Shown one piece after another: positions 62,801 to 64,000 of a DNA stretch of 64,000 nucleotides. The notes beneath the pieces were generated by a model that saw only the letters and a list, made by a program, of their open reading frames with translations, did no database searches and was not told the origin of the DNA. Made by a program: the position numbers and the translations under genes. Numbering within the stretch: position 1 is the stretch's first letter; every line of letters begins with the position of its first letter. This DNA is from Octopus sinensis (Eukaryota). Where the stretch lies: contig NC_042998.1 of the NCBI RefSeq assembly GCF_006345805.1, positions 185,380,001 to 185,444,000 on the forward strand, in the 5' to 3' direction.

Positions 62801-63615
62801 ACAGGTGGCTCATTTCATGATGCAAGAGCAACTTTGCCTAGTTTTCGTGACTCTAATGAGGGTCCAAAGATCCTGCCATCAAAGCTGCTGGGCCAGATGC
62901 AATTGTCATTGGTTTCATATTTTGGCACAAGGCCAGTAATTTCAGGGGAGGAGGAAAATTTATTACATCAGCCCTAGTACTCAACTGGTACTTTACAAAG
63001 GTCGCCCATGGCCACAATGTAGGACATGGCACTAAAGAGAGAGAGAGAGAGAGATATTAAAAAAAAAAAAATGTCTTGATTAACAACATCATCAATGCAA
63101 CAATCATCATTATCCAAGAAGAAGAAAACATCTCAGTATTTAGTCAGAAAAATCCTTTGTAAAAGTGCTCAATATATGTTTCAAACAGATTGCAGACCCA
63201 ATATCCATTTAGAAATCTTAGATTTCATAAAAACTGAAAACCTATCTCTTCACTAGTTGCAATCATTATTTTCTGAATTTGAATTGTATGATTTTTAGCT
63301 GTATGATTTGTCCATTATAGCAGTTAAATTTGCCTCATAAATTTTCTTTTGCCTTTAAAATAGAGACTAGCCTTACAAGATACAAAACTATATCAATTAT
63401 ATTGGTACCATGATAAAATGCTCTCAGTATACTCTATAAAGTTGTGGGTGAATGAGTGAAGACCTTTTAGTTTTATCAAAGACATGATGTTTCTATTGCT
63501 TGTGATAGAAAACACATCTAGTCATAGAAACAACCCATCCAGAAGAGCAGTAATTCTGAATATGAAGTGATTTTGGCTCCTGAGAGCTGGCCAACCTATG
63601 TCAATGAGGAAAATA

Positions 63616-64000
63616 TGAGGTCTGATCAATAAGTATCCGGACTGTTGCCATAATAATGAAGCTAAAGCACGCAGAGTGAAGCTACTTGGCACAGATTGAC
63701 CTTCACCTCTGTTGTGCATTCACACTAAGTTTTAATGTTCTAGTTCACTTCCCTTGTTTACAGCAGTGCTTGGAAGTAACATGTGGTTGTTGTTGCATTG
63801 ACCATGACAGAAAAAATTGTCATGGTGATACCTGTTCAGAGGCCTATGCAAAGTTGCAGAAAGTGTATGCAGAGGATTGTATGAGTGACACACAAGTGTA
63901 TGAATGGTTCAGACATTTCCAAGATGGCTGAAAAAACTGTCAATAGTGATGAACCTTCTGGGAGACCTGCAACCAGCAGAACTGAGAAAAAGATTGCAGA
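63616..64000 (+). mobile_element. Mariner transposon 5' end (runs off the window)
   Basis: TA|TGAGGTCTGATCAATAAGTATCCGGAC TIR-like end; HTH remnant EAYAKLQKVYAEDCMSDTQVYEWFRHFQDG*..SGRPATSRT. Confidence 0.8.

Overview
AT-rich, repeat-dense animal genomic DNA. The repeat families and gene structure suggest an octopus/coleoid cephalopod (inference). Two intron-rich genes lie head-to-tail on the minus strand. (1) The 3' 15 coding exons of EXD3/mut-7 (62128->26555, ~687 aa in the window; DEDDy 3'-5' exonuclease plus Mut7-C domain; 5' part beyond the right edge). (2) The first 11 coding exons of SEC63 (22484->861; J-domain HPD motif; 3' part beyond the left edge). Exons were assembled by hand from splice signals, phase continuity and recalled human orthologues. 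Introns and the ~4 kb intergenic gap are filled with tRNA-headed SINEs, a very abundant (GAT)n-tailed element, remnants of CR1, RTE, RLE-type, Penelope, LTR and mariner/maT elements, piggyBac-type MITEs, Helentron-like elements and fold-back hairpins. Most notable: a ~205-bp non-coding element carrying a minimal hammerhead ribozyme (one intact-looking copy is sense within an EXD3 intron); a Penelope remnant bracketed by hammerhead-like motifs; an LTR followed by four tandem tRNA-Trp-like primer-binding sites just upstream of SEC63; a GC-AG intron in EXD3; and several long near-perfect hairpins. No rRNA, genuine tRNA gene or CRISPR array was found.
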